The notes beneath the pieces are model-generated. The model did no database searches and was not told the DNA's origin. It worked only from the letters and a program-made list of their open reading frames with translations. Both the position numbers and the translations under genes were made by a program. From Obrimoposthia wandeli (Eukaryota): 64,000 bases of DNA. Shown one piece after another: positions 54,238-63,566 of this stretch. Numbering within the stretch: the stretch's first letter is position 1; each line of letters opens with the position of its first letter. Where the stretch lies: assembly GCA_977020255.1 (NCBI GenBank), contig CDROCS010003797.1, forward strand, positions 1 to 64,000, in the 5' to 3' direction.

Positions 54238-56268
54238 CTAAGACTTAAACATAGGAAAGTCTGAAATAAGTTGTAGATATAAATCCAAGTTATTTGCAGC
54301 TAATTCAAATACAATTTCTTTATGGCTTTGCTCAATTTCAGCCCCCGCTGTTAATAACAATGATACATAGCGCAAATTCATTGCTCCTTTAGTTAAGTTC
54401 AGCAGTGCTTCATCTAAAGGGTCAAAGCCGTAAGGGTAAGGTTTTACAGAAATATTTTTTTCATTAATTAAGTACTTCAACATCTCAAATTGTTGTGCTG
54501 ATACTGCTGTATAGACCGCATTTGTACCTAGGCCGTTACTTAGCGAAAAACTTAACCCATGACGATTTAACGCCCTTGCTAACGTAACATCTCCTCGCCT
54601 AACCACTTCGTGCATTACCGACGCATTAAACTGCCCGGTAAACTTAGCCAACAACAATATCAACGGGAGCTCCTTACCCTGACTAACCGCTTGATATATG
54701 ACAAAATCAGCTACTTTAACGGAATATTCGCCAATCTCTAGAGTGGTTAAAACAGCTTGCCAACTTCCTTGTCCTGCGAGTAATATCAAGTCATCGCCAG
54801 TCATCATTTCCTTTTGTTTATCATCCTTATATGTTTGACTACGACCTAACCTAATGTACTCTTTCACTTTTTCGGCTTTAAAATTAACAATGCTATATTT
54901 AGCCGCTAAATCTTTATTTTCTCCTAAAATTGTCATAGCTAAATCAACATCCATGCTTAAAAAACTCACATCAAGGGGAGATGTTTCATTTCTTTGATGA
55001 TTTGGAGCTGCTGCACCTTTTGGATCTACCTTAGCTGTTGAATTAACGCCTAATGTTTTAAAAATACTGTCAAGTACCCTTAGTCCCTCTTCTTGAAAGC
55101 AGCCATTTTCAGGCGTGAGTGTTTCAGTATTTTTTACGAATGGCTGTAATACCGTAAAAAAAATATCATCGATAGCTTTTTGAACATGAGGCTGATTAAT
55201 TATACTTACAGAAATCGGCTGCTCTACTTCAATTTTATGTTGATAATCTTTATAGATATCATCTGATAGCCATGCCGATAACTTATAGCGGGTATTTTCG
55301 TCATTAGCGAGTACACCATGACGCATTAACGTTAAAAATAGCGCAGTTTGTTGCTCTTGCTCTTCAGGTGATAACGCGGGAGGAAGTAAGTCGAGCAAGC
55401 TTGTTTCAAACGGTACGATAACACCACCGCCACCATTAGATAACCAAAAATCAAGCAATTCAACATTGCCATTCTCCATGGCCACTTGCGCTAACGACTT
55501 TTCATCACCTGTGCTTAGCATTAAAGTAAAGCTTGCATCAAGGCCACTTGCTGACCAAAGTTTTTCAATAAACTGTATAGGCATATTCTGTTGTGTCGCA
55601 ACGAATAAATCAAGGTAAGTGATTGTAGTACCTATGGTAACAATAGCTTCTACCGCATTAATCTTATTATCTAGTGAAGCATTGGCGGTTAAAACAGTAC
55701 CTATTAATGAATATTGCCCAGCTTTAGTCACTATATAAACCTTATCTGTAATCAAACCTTTTTCTACTAAGGTTACTATTTTGTCAAGTTCACCATCTAA
55801 AACAAAATTATAGATATCCCAAGCAATTTTTTTACTCAATACGGCGCCGTCATTACCGGCAATCATAGGTAAAATACCGTTGTTAAAGCTATATAAACCG
55901 ATTAACTCCTTCATCTCTAGGGGATGAATTTTTGTTGCGAAGCTCACATGCTCAAGCTCTTCACCGGTTAGTCCATTCGACAATGCGGTGCTAACAACAC
56001 TTCTTAAACGCATTTTATTAGTGTCTTGCCATTTAACGCTCACCTCAAAGGGCATTAAATAATTATGGCAAAGTGTTGTCGCTGGCTTTATTAGCCGATT
56101 ATCTGCATACCCTTTCATAGGATCAGTTGATAAAGGTTGGAATGTATTTTCAGCTGTCCGTTTCTTTTCTTGAGTAATTTTGGAGCCGATGGTTTCAGTG
56201 GCTGAAAGAAAAACTATTATCGAACCAAGAAATGCTAGAGTTACAAATATTATGACTAATTTTTTCAT
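54238..56268 (-). CDS. Exported/membrane-anchored protein with ankyrin-like repeats (676 aa)
   Basis: N-terminal hydrophobic anchor; SLAQVAMENGNVELLDFWL, VMHEVVRRGDVTLARAL, TNAVYTAVSAQQFEMLKYLI, LLLTAGAEI. Confidence 0.65.
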   Translation of the reverse strand: MKKLVIIFVTLAFLGSIIVFLSATETIGSKITQEKKRTAENTFQPLSTDPMKGYADNRLIKPATTLCHNYLMPFEVSVKWQDTNKMRLRSVVSTALSNGLTGEELEHVSFATKIHPLEMKELIGLYSFNNGILPMIAGNDGAVLSKKIAWDIYNFVLDGELDKIVTLVEKGLITDKVYIVTKAGQYSLIGTVLTANASLDNKINAVEAIVTIGTTITYLDLFVATQQNMPIQFIEKLWSASGLDASFTLMLSTGDEKSLAQVAMENGNVELLDFWLSNGGGGVIVPFETSLLDLLPPALSPEEQEQQTALFLTLMRHGVLANDENTRYKLSAWLSDDIYKDYQHKIEVEQPISVSIINQPHVQKAIDDIFFTVLQPFVKNTETLTPENGCFQEEGLRVLDSIFKTLGVNSTAKVDPKGAAAPNHQRNETSPLDVSFLSMDVDLAMTILGENKDLAAKYSIVNFKAEKVKEYIRLGRSQTYKDDKQKEMMTGDDLILLAGQGSWQAVLTTLEIGEYSVKVADFVIYQAVSQGKELPLILLLAKFTGQFNASVMHEVVRRGDVTLARALNRHGLSFSLSNGLGTNAVYTAVSAQQFEMLKYLINEKNISVKPYPYGFDPLDEALLNLTKGAMNLRYVSLLLTAGAEIEQSHKEIVFELAANNLDLYLQLISDFPMFKS

Positions 56269-56515
56269 GTTTATTTTTGAAAGGTTCGCTAAATTTATGA
56301 TCAGAGTAATTTACCATTAACATTGCTAGCGGTAAATTACAGCGTTTCTCTTAGTGATGCCATGAGTAGAGATTATGGTAGATAGCGCATTACAGCGCTC
56401 AGGTTAACTCAATCATTATTTATTTTTATGTTGTATTCATTTTGGCGTTTTTTTCCAATTCAAAGGCAGTAATTAAAGATATATTTCTCCCTTAACTTAA
56501 TCGAAAGAAATTTTT

Positions 56516-56827
56516 ATGACTATATTTAAAGCTGCATTTATTTTTATTGCCCCAGAGGCTATACCCGAGACAAACTATTCATGGGTAAAAACTCCAGAAG
56601 TAGAAGTAAAGACACTGGCAGTATCGAGTTACGAAGAAGCTTGTGAGCAAGTAACTATTCTATTAGAAGAAGGGATAACAGCCATTGAATTATGTGCTGG
56701 TTTTGGTCATAAAGGGGTCGCAAAAATCATGGAAGCAACAGAAGGAAAGGCAGAAGTTGGTGTCGTTAGGTTTGATAGACATCCTTGCTTGGGTAATGTT
56801 AGTGGTGATAGCTTATTCACTAACTAG
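56516..56827 (+). CDS. DUF6506-like small protein
   Basis: AAFIFIAP, GITAIELCAGFG, VGVVRFDRHP. Confidence 0.7.
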   Translation: MTIFKAAFIFIAPEAIPETNYSWVKTPEVEVKTLAVSSYEEACEQVTILLEEGITAIELCAGFGHKGVAKIMEATEGKAEVGVVRFDRHPCLGNVSGDSLFTN

Positions 56828-56842
56828 ATTAAAGGTAACCGC

Positions 56843-57670
56843 ATGTATACTTTCATTCAACGCCCAAGCCTACCATTAACCCCTTATATTGCTCAGTATT
56901 GGAGTTGGAAGTTATCAGAGGGAAGGGCTATCCCAACTTTTTATGCTGGGACAGGTGTTGAGTGTATTTTCAACTTAGGTGATCCAATAGAGGTAATTCA
57001 ACCTTATCCGAGTATAATTTCAACTGGAGCAAGTGTCATTCTATGCCCACGTAGACAGCATTTTTCCGCTGTAGGCAAAGGAAAGGTAAATTTATTGTCG
57101 ATTCGCTTTCGTTCCGCTGGTTTTTTCAGGATATTTAGAATTCCGCTTACTGAGTTAGCCGATGAACTTACCGACGCAGGTAACATATTTCCTCGCTCTT
57201 TATTTGAAAAAATGCTCGATAAACAATCACAACAATCCACGGCCACTTTATTGGATGACTATTTATTACACAAATCAGGTGAAATTATCGAAGACGAGAT
57301 TATGAACAGTGTGATAGATAATGTGTATTACCAAGAACATCTTAAGCTGCAAACTATAGTAAGTAACTCAGCAATGAGTGAGCGCTCTTTTCAACGAAAA
57401 TTCAAAACCTTTACCGGAGTAAACGGTAAGTATTTTCAGCGTACTGCTCGATTTCAATCGTGTGTCAAATCGTTATTAGCCAACCCTACATTAAACTATT
57501 CATGCTTAGCACTAGCACACGGATATTTTGATCAAGCTCATTTTATCAATGAGTTTAAGGCTTTTTCAGGTATAACTCCGCAGCAGTTTATTCAAAAAAA
57601 ACAAAATAGATTAAACTACTACAGCAATAGCCCCTATCCATTTAACAATGTAGTAAAGCGTTGTTCTTAA
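56843..57670 (+). CDS. AraC-family transcriptional regulator
   Basis: SERSFQRKFKTFTG and LALAHGYFDQAHFINEFKAFSGITP dual HTH; N-terminal PSLPLTPYIAQYW domain. Confidence 0.92.
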   Translation: MYTFIQRPSLPLTPYIAQYWSWKLSEGRAIPTFYAGTGVECIFNLGDPIEVIQPYPSIISTGASVILCPRRQHFSAVGKGKVNLLSIRFRSAGFFRIFRIPLTELADELTDAGNIFPRSLFEKMLDKQSQQSTATLLDDYLLHKSGEIIEDEIMNSVIDNVYYQEHLKLQTIVSNSAMSERSFQRKFKTFTGVNGKYFQRTARFQSCVKSLLANPTLNYSCLALAHGYFDQAHFINEFKAFSGITPQQFIQKKQNRLNYYSNSPYPFNNVVKRCS

Positions 57671-57795
57671 AATGTATATAACATATATTGAGGCTCTACT
57701 GGTGTGATTTTGGCATATTTTACAATAATTTTAAGACTGTATTTTCAAAATAAATTCTACAGTCTCGTCGGTAATATAGAGGTAGATTAGGATTT

Positions 57796-58170
57796 ATGAA
57801 AATTAAACTATTATTTTTATTGATATTTGGACTCTCCGGTTTCGCTGCGGCAGAAAGTGGTTACACGGTGTTGGTAACGGTAAAAGATGCTGAGTCAGAG
57901 TTAGTGTTCCCAGCTTTTGATGTTTTAAAAGCTAATAAAAGTGGCTCTTCTCGAGTTGATGACTGCACTTATTTGGGAAGGTTGACCGAGCAAGATGGCG
58001 CTAGTCTATTACTGGAAGGGCAAATGTCTTGTGCTTATGCAGATGGCAACACTCATATGGATATGCCGATATTTATTCTTAGCTCCAAAGGCGATAGCGC
58101 TAGTATAGCATTAGGTGATATTGAGGCGAGAATATGGACATATTCTGTTGAGCTTAAAGTGCGTCCCTGA
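57796..58170 (+). CDS. Exported hypothetical protein (124 aa)
   Basis: Signal peptide MKIKLLFLLIFGLSGFAAA; two Cys; RBS AGGA. Confidence 0.7.
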   Translation: MKIKLLFLLIFGLSGFAAAESGYTVLVTVKDAESELVFPAFDVLKANKSGSSRVDDCTYLGRLTEQDGASLLLEGQMSCAYADGNTHMDMPIFILSSKGDSASIALGDIEARIWTYSVELKVRP

Positions 58171-58620
58171 AGATAAATTTGTTGTCCACCTCTTAGATTT
58201 AGGGCCTCTAAATATTTTTATTCGTGGTAGGGTGTGTTGGTTTTTCAGCACCTAACTACCCTTTTAATCTACTTGGAAGCGAACAACCTTATAATACTGT
58301 TATGTTTTTTCCTTTGCTTTTTTTGTTCATAATAAGCCTTTGCCCAAAATGAATAGTATATCGAAAATCCTGCCATTCAACGAAAGTTTGTCTTAAACAG
58401 GTTGGGCAACTATACCGCCAATGTGTCCACATTTTCTCACATTGCTTGGCTTGTTGTACTTTAGCAAAGAGCACCTCATCTTTAGTTAGATTTTGACTTC
58501 AACCTGTATTGGTTTAACGTCTATTCTGCATTATTCAGGAAGGATTGTTAAATTAGGCTCATAGGGAAGCACTGCAAAGATAGCATAGCGAAAAGCTCAT
58601 TGGTTTGCGCTTGATGTAAG

Positions 58621-58798
58621 GCGGTACATCAAGCGGCAATACGAGCAGTCAAAACTAAAAAAGATGTTTAGCTTAGGGATCTCGTTGAGCGACAAGGCAA
58701 AAGTGTTCGGCGGTAGCACTTGTCAATAAAACGTTAAAAAAAGCTTATGCGATGCTCACTCAAGGTAAGAATATAAAGGGATATTATTTGCAGCTTAA
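58621..58798 (+). pseudogene. IS110-family transposase C-terminal remnant
   Basis: AVHQAAIRAVKTKKDV*LRDLVERQGK/KCSAVALVNKTLKKAYAMLTQG/EYKGILFAA*, with one nonsense codon (58669) and two frameshifts; matches the family AAVALANK...AYAML motif. Confidence 0.65.
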
Positions 58799-58914
58799 AA
58801 AACATTGAATATAAAAATGTAGATTAAAATATTCACATAATAACAGCGCCAAACGAAGATGAAAACCAGCTCGTTTAGTCAGTAGTTAACGGTGATTTTT
58901 AACTCACTTAACCG

Positions 58915-58989
58915 ACTTTACAATGAAATAACGTAAATTGACTACGCTTCGCGGCACAATTTAGTCAACTGTTACTTAGCCTGTCATTT
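58915..58989 (+). other. Degenerate integron attC site 1
   Basis: R'' ACTTTAC, L'' GAAATAAC, inner stem TTGACT/AGTCAA around ACGCTTCGCG, L' GTTACTT, 5-nt spacer, R' GTCATTT; followed at once by GGAGA RBS and the ATG at 59004. Confidence 0.55.
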
Positions 58990-59003
58990 GGAGATTATGC
59001 AGT

Positions 59004-59555
59004 ATGAATCGTTTCGAAGTAAAAATTGATGATGAGTCCGAATTGGCATTAAGGGATCTGTGCGATAGTGATGTTCAGCACCTATTTAGCCCTTCTGCGG
59101 ATGTATGTTTTGGCAGTTCTATAATTACGGTACAAAATATTTCTGTACAGCTAGGTAGGAAAAGGTTTCTAGTTATAGACAATGATTGGGCTGATACACC
59201 AAAAGAAGCGCATGATTACTATTTTCTTAGTGCTCGAATAGTAGATCGCCCTAAAGACGTGAGAGTAAAGAGATACGAGAATGGAAAAGCGTGGTCATAC
59301 TTTATGGACCACTTATCTTTTAATATCGGAAAACAAAAGAAAGTACTTTCTGTGGAAATACTCGAAGATCACTATTCCGGCGAAGAAGAATCAGTTCGTT
59401 ATGATGCAGGTATAGTTATAACCCTTGAAGATGACACAAAAATAGCAATTGTGCGTGAAGAATCAATTACTGGATTCCTACAAATTTCAACAATACCCCA
59501 AGAAAATGCCGAGTTAATTGGTCATCTTCAAACAAGACTTAAGTACAATGCATAA
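59004..59555 (+). CDS. Hypothetical protein (183 aa) in a gene cassette
   Basis: Intact ORF with RBS; stop codon lies inside GCATAAC (attC R'' box). Confidence 0.8.
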   Translation: MNRFEVKIDDESELALRDLCDSDVQHLFSPSADVCFGSSIITVQNISVQLGRKRFLVIDNDWADTPKEAHDYYFLSARIVDRPKDVRVKRYENGKAWSYFMDHLSFNIGKQKKVLSVEILEDHYSGEEESVRYDAGIVITLEDDTKIAIVREESITGFLQISTIPQENAELIGHLQTRLKYNA

Positions 59556-59649
59556 CAAATAAGATTACAACCAGCCACAAAACACGAGGGAGGGAACTTC
59601 GTCACACCTCAGCCTGTGTTTGCGGCGCAATTGAATCTCAGGGTAATGG
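59550..59649 (+). other. Degenerate integron attC site 2
   Basis: GCATAAC, 5-nt spacer, AGATTACAA pairing TTGAATCT with one extra base; inner stems GCCACAAAACAC/GTGTTTGCGGC and GAGG/CCTC; R' degenerate (GTAATGG). Confidence 0.7.
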
Positions 59650-59688
59650 TCGGTAAAAATAAGTAGGATACAGATTTACCTGCAAAAT

Positions 59689-59786
59689 ACGTTTTAGACA
59701 CAACTGAACTAAGCAATGAGGTAATACAATGAAGCGTGGTCAATAGAGCTTCTACTTTAATCGAAATTAATGTTTCTCTGCTAATT
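59689..59786 (+). repeat. Diverged ~98-bp direct repeat, copy B
   Basis: Same 19-bp core and downstream similarity as 54082-54178. Confidence 0.75.
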
Positions 59787-59868
59787 TTTGCATCTGTCCT
59801 GACTTTATTTATACTAATTTGGTGATATATATTATCGAGATACTCTGATATTTGTGGGTATCACTCAG

Positions 59869-60216
59869 TCACCGATCATTTACATTCCTTTTTTTATCCA
59901 TTTCTTTTGTTATTGGGTATGTAAAAAATAGACTTATAGATAGATATAAAAAAATTCCACCAGCTCTGTTGCCATTAAAAAAATTAAGCCAAATAGCTAC
60001 AATAATTCCAAGAAATAAAGTTACAGCATATTGCACTTTAATTCTCGGATCTTTTGTAAATGCTTCCATCATCGGATTAATCAAATAATTTACAATCACC
60101 AAAAATAAGCACACAACGGCTTCTATATACCATTGTTTAATAAATAATAGTCCAGGAATAAATGGTAAAAATATTATTAACGCATTTATTGAGGGCTTTA
60201 GATTATTATATTTCAT
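59869..60216 (-). CDS. Small multi-pass membrane hypothetical protein (115 aa)
   Basis: Four hydrophobic segments; very AT-rich. Confidence 0.6.
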   Translation of the reverse strand: MKYNNLKPSINALIIFLPFIPGLLFIKQWYIEAVVCLFLVIVNYLINPMMEAFTKDPRIKVQYAVTLFLGIIVAIWLNFFNGNRAGGIFLYLSISLFFTYPITKEMDKKRNVNDR

Positions 60217-60289
60217 AACTTCATCAAACCGTTTGATTTTATTAACATTTAATAACTATAAAAAGAGTCAGCTACACACCTAAATACTA

Positions 60290-60326
60290 AAAACCGCATG
60301 TTACCCATCAGATAACATGCGGTTTT
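60290..60326 (-). terminator. Terminator after the second RND operon
   Basis: AAAACCGCATGTTA/TAACATGCGGTTTT 14-bp arms. Confidence 0.8.
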
Positions 60327-60410
60327 ATTAAGCTCTAATACTTCAATACTGCATTACTTAAATCAAGCAAGCTACTCAGCTGCTCTAAGCTATAGCCTTT
60401 AACTACCTAT

Positions 60411-63400
60411 TTAAACATGCGTTGTTTCAGCATTTTTCTCTGGGGGTTTTCTAAAAATGTTCGCAATATCTTCTTTGATCATATACAGCGCGGGGATCAA
60501 AAACAGTGTGATCACCGTAGCGAAAACAATACCAAAACCTAATGATATTGCCATTGGTATAATAAATTGCGCTTGTAAGCTTTGTTCAAAATACAATGGA
60601 AAAATACCAAAGAACGTGGTCAGTGACGTTAACAATATCGCTCTGAATCTTTGTGTGCCCGCTTGGCTAACAATGTCGAACATGCGCATGCCTGAGCCTT
60701 TCGCTTTATTAATAAAGTCGACCATGATCAAGCTGTCGTTTACCACAACACCGGTTAAAGCAATAAAGCCAAACATCGACATCATGTTAATGGTGCGTCC
60801 TAGCAACCAATGGCCAATAATTGCGCCGATGATACCAAAAGGAATAACCGACATAATCACTAAAGGTTGACTGTAAGATTTGGTTGGAATCGCGATCAAG
60901 CCATAAATCAAAAACAAGGCACCAATTGCTGCAAAACCTAGTTGTGATAAGAAGTCTTCTTGGTCTTTGCTCGCCCCTTCAACGCCATAATTAACACTAG
61001 GATAATCAGCTAATATTTCAGGGAGGTATTGTTCATTCATTTCGCTGACCACTTTTCTGGACTCAACTTTTTCATTGTCAATATCAGCTGAAATGGTAAT
61101 TGAACGTTTTTGATTAATACGCGTAATGCTAGAAAAACCTTGGCCTATTTCAATATTAGCCACTTGATAAAATGGTACTTGCTCGCCATTTGGCGTTCTG
61201 ATCCACATATCTTCTAGGTCAGAAACCGATAAACGGTCAGCTTCTGGGTAACGTACCATCACTTTTAACTCATCACGACCACGTTGAATACGTTGTGCTT
61301 CATCGCCATAAAAAGCTTGCCTGACTTGCTTAGCCAAGCTTGATAGATTTAAACCTAACACTTCAGCTTCTGGCTTAATGCTTAACTTGATCTCTTGGCT
61401 ACCTCGGCTAAACGAGTGTCGAACATCGTAAACACCGTCATAACTGTTCAGCTGTGCTTGAATAGCTTCTGCGGCGGCTTCAAGTTCAATATCGTTTTGC
61501 CCCGTGAGTTGAAACTCAATTGCGGCACCACCGCCAGCATTCGTGCCGGCAAAGAAGCGTAGCTCTTTGGTACCAGGGATTTCACCAATTTCATCACGCC
61601 ATAATTTCTCTATTTCGTAAGCATTAAGTTCACGTTGATCCGGTTTTACCAATTCTAATAGCACATTAGCGCTGGTATTGCCGTTGGTGAAAATCATTTT
61701 ATGTTTAATAAAACTAACGCCATCATACTTATTATCTTTAGAGACTTTTTTAATCGCTTGCTCTATTTGCTCTATCGCTTTATTACGCTGATGAGCAGGC
61801 GAACCATCAATCATGGTGATATTGCCTTGAATAAAATCACTAGGAATATTCGGGAAGACTTCTAGTTTTACAAACGAGCCCGCAATCAAGCTGATAGATA
61901 AAATCAGAATCGCGACAAATGTAGCCATGGTGTTGTAACGGGCAATTAAGGCTTTTTCCAGTAATGGTTTATAAACAGTGTGAATAAAATTTTCTAACTT
62001 TTCTTTAAAACGCATTTGAAAACGTTCAAGAAAGTTAGCGTTTTCAGCGGTTAATGGTACATATTTCATGTGCGCTAAATGCGCCGGTAAAATCCACTTT
62101 GACTCAATCAACGAAAAGACTAAACAAAAGCTCACCACGATTGAAATTGAGCGGAAGAAAGCGGCAAAGGTAGCATCTATAAACAATAACGGAGTAAAGG
62201 CTGCGATGGTGGTTAGAACACCAAAAGTAGCGGGCATAGCAACGCGCATGGTGCCACTAATAATGTTATCGCGAGAATGACCATACTTTTCAATTTCAGC
62301 ATAAGCACTTTCACCAATGACAATGGCGTCATCAACCACAATACCGAGCACCATGATAAACGCGAACAAACTTAACATGTTGATTGAGACTGACCATTCG
62401 CCTAATAGTGGCATCATGAGCAAAGCACCAAAAAAACTGATTGGAATACCTAGCATCACCCAAAAAGCGATTTTTATTCTCAAAAATAAGGCTAACACGA
62501 TAAAAACTAAGAACGCGCCCATCAGCATGTTATCAATCATCATATCTAAGCGTTCAGAAAGGTAATAAGAGCTATCGCCCCAAACCGTTAATTTGGCGCC
62601 TTGAGGCAACTGATGATTTTTTTCATCAACATAATCTCTAACTTGTGCTGCAATTTCTAAATCGTTTTGATCACCCGTTGATTGCACCATAATACTGGAG
62701 GTATTTTCATCATCGAAGGTGGCAAAATCGTCCTGCTCAACAAAACCATCGTTAATATTAGCGATGTCTGACAGTATTAAACGTGTACCATCAACATTAG
62801 TACGCAACACTAAATCACCATAATCATGGCCTGTGTACGCTTGGCCTTCGGCGCGCAGTAAAATGTCACCACCACGAGTTTTTATCGTGCCGCCTGGCAT
62901 GTCGACCGATGAACTTCTCACTGCTTGAGTAATTTCATCAAAGGTCAGTTGATACTGTTGTAGTTTTTCTTCTGATACTTCGATACTGATTTCATAATCA
63001 CGGCTACCGACTATTTCAGCACTGTTAACACTGGGCAACGCCATGATTTCATCACGGATATTTTGCGCCATCACCTGTCTAGCACGCCGCTCCATTGAGC
63101 CACTCACCGACAGCCACATCACCTGACCTTTAAATTCTTGTTTCGTGACGATAGGTTTTTCGGCTTGTTCAGGAAAGGTTGTGATCGCGTCAACTTGCAT
63201 TTGCACTTCATCAAGTTTTTCAGACATTGAATAGCCTGACTGTAACTCGATAGTGATAACACCAACACCTTCGCTAGCGGTTGCTGTAATGCGTTTGATA
63301 CCTTCAATATCTTCCAGTGACTCTTCAACTTTAAGAATAACTGATTGTTCGACTTCTTCTGGTGCCGCGCCCAAATGAGGCACCACAACCTGAATACTGT

Positions 63401-63566
63401 TGGCATTAAATTCAGGAAACATCTTTTTATTAATGCCCTGATAGGAGAAGTATCCTGACACTAAAATAAACACCATCAGCAAGTTTGCTGCGACACTATT
63501 GTGAGTAAACCAGGCAATAATGCCGGTGTGTTTTTTTTCTGGCTCAGTTTGAGAGAACTCGCTCAT
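60411..63566 (-). CDS. RND efflux permease (AcrB/AcrD/AcrF family)
   Basis: 1051 aa; AANLLM, VLGIVVDDAIVIGE, TGVVVNDSLI, RFRAILLTSLTT. Confidence 0.95.
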   Translation of the reverse strand: MSEFSQTEPEKKHTGIIAWFTHNSVAANLLMVFILVSGYFSYQGINKKMFPEFNANSIQVVVPHLGAAPEEVEQSVILKVEESLEDIEGIKRITATASEGVGVITIELQSGYSMSEKLDEVQMQVDAITTFPEQAEKPIVTKQEFKGQVMWLSVSGSMERRARQVMAQNIRDEIMALPSVNSAEIVGSRDYEISIEVSEEKLQQYQLTFDEITQAVRSSSVDMPGGTIKTRGGDILLRAEGQAYTGHDYGDLVLRTNVDGTRLILSDIANINDGFVEQDDFATFDDENTSSIMVQSTGDQNDLEIAAQVRDYVDEKNHQLPQGAKLTVWGDSSYYLSERLDMMIDNMLMGAFLVFIVLALFLRIKIAFWVMLGIPISFFGALLMMPLLGEWSVSINMLSLFAFIMVLGIVVDDAIVIGESAYAEIEKYGHSRDNIISGTMRVAMPATFGVLTTIAAFTPLLFIDATFAAFFRSISIVVSFCLVFSLIESKWILPAHLAHMKYVPLTAENANFLERFQMRFKEKLENFIHTVYKPLLEKALIARYNTMATFVAILILSISLIAGSFVKLEVFPNIPSDFIQGNITMIDGSPAHQRNKAIEQIEQAIKKVSKDNKYDGVSFIKHKMIFTNGNTSANVLLELVKPDQRELNAYEIEKLWRDEIGEIPGTKELRFFAGTNAGGGAAIEFQLTGQNDIELEAAAEAIQAQLNSYDGVYDVRHSFSRGSQEIKLSIKPEAEVLGLNLSSLAKQVRQAFYGDEAQRIQRGRDELKVMVRYPEADRLSVSDLEDMWIRTPNGEQVPFYQVANIEIGQGFSSITRINQKRSITISADIDNEKVESRKVVSEMNEQYLPEILADYPSVNYGVEGASKDQEDFLSQLGFAAIGALFLIYGLIAIPTKSYSQPLVIMSVIPFGIIGAIIGHWLLGRTINMMSMFGFIALTGVVVNDSLIMVDFINKAKGSGMRMFDIVSQAGTQRFRAILLTSLTTFFGIFPLYFEQSLQAQFIIPMAISLGFGIVFATVITLFLIPALYMIKEDIANIFRKPPEKNAETTHV

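Noticed and set aside
58289-58474. 61-aa minus-strand ORF with CPTC
   Set aside because: Upstream frame broken by stops and no RBS; possibly a pseudogene scrap but unassignable.
45720-58896. 12-bp match GTTAACGGTGAT at 45720 and 58885
   Set aside because: Many 12-mer matches are expected by chance in 64 kb; flanks do not align.
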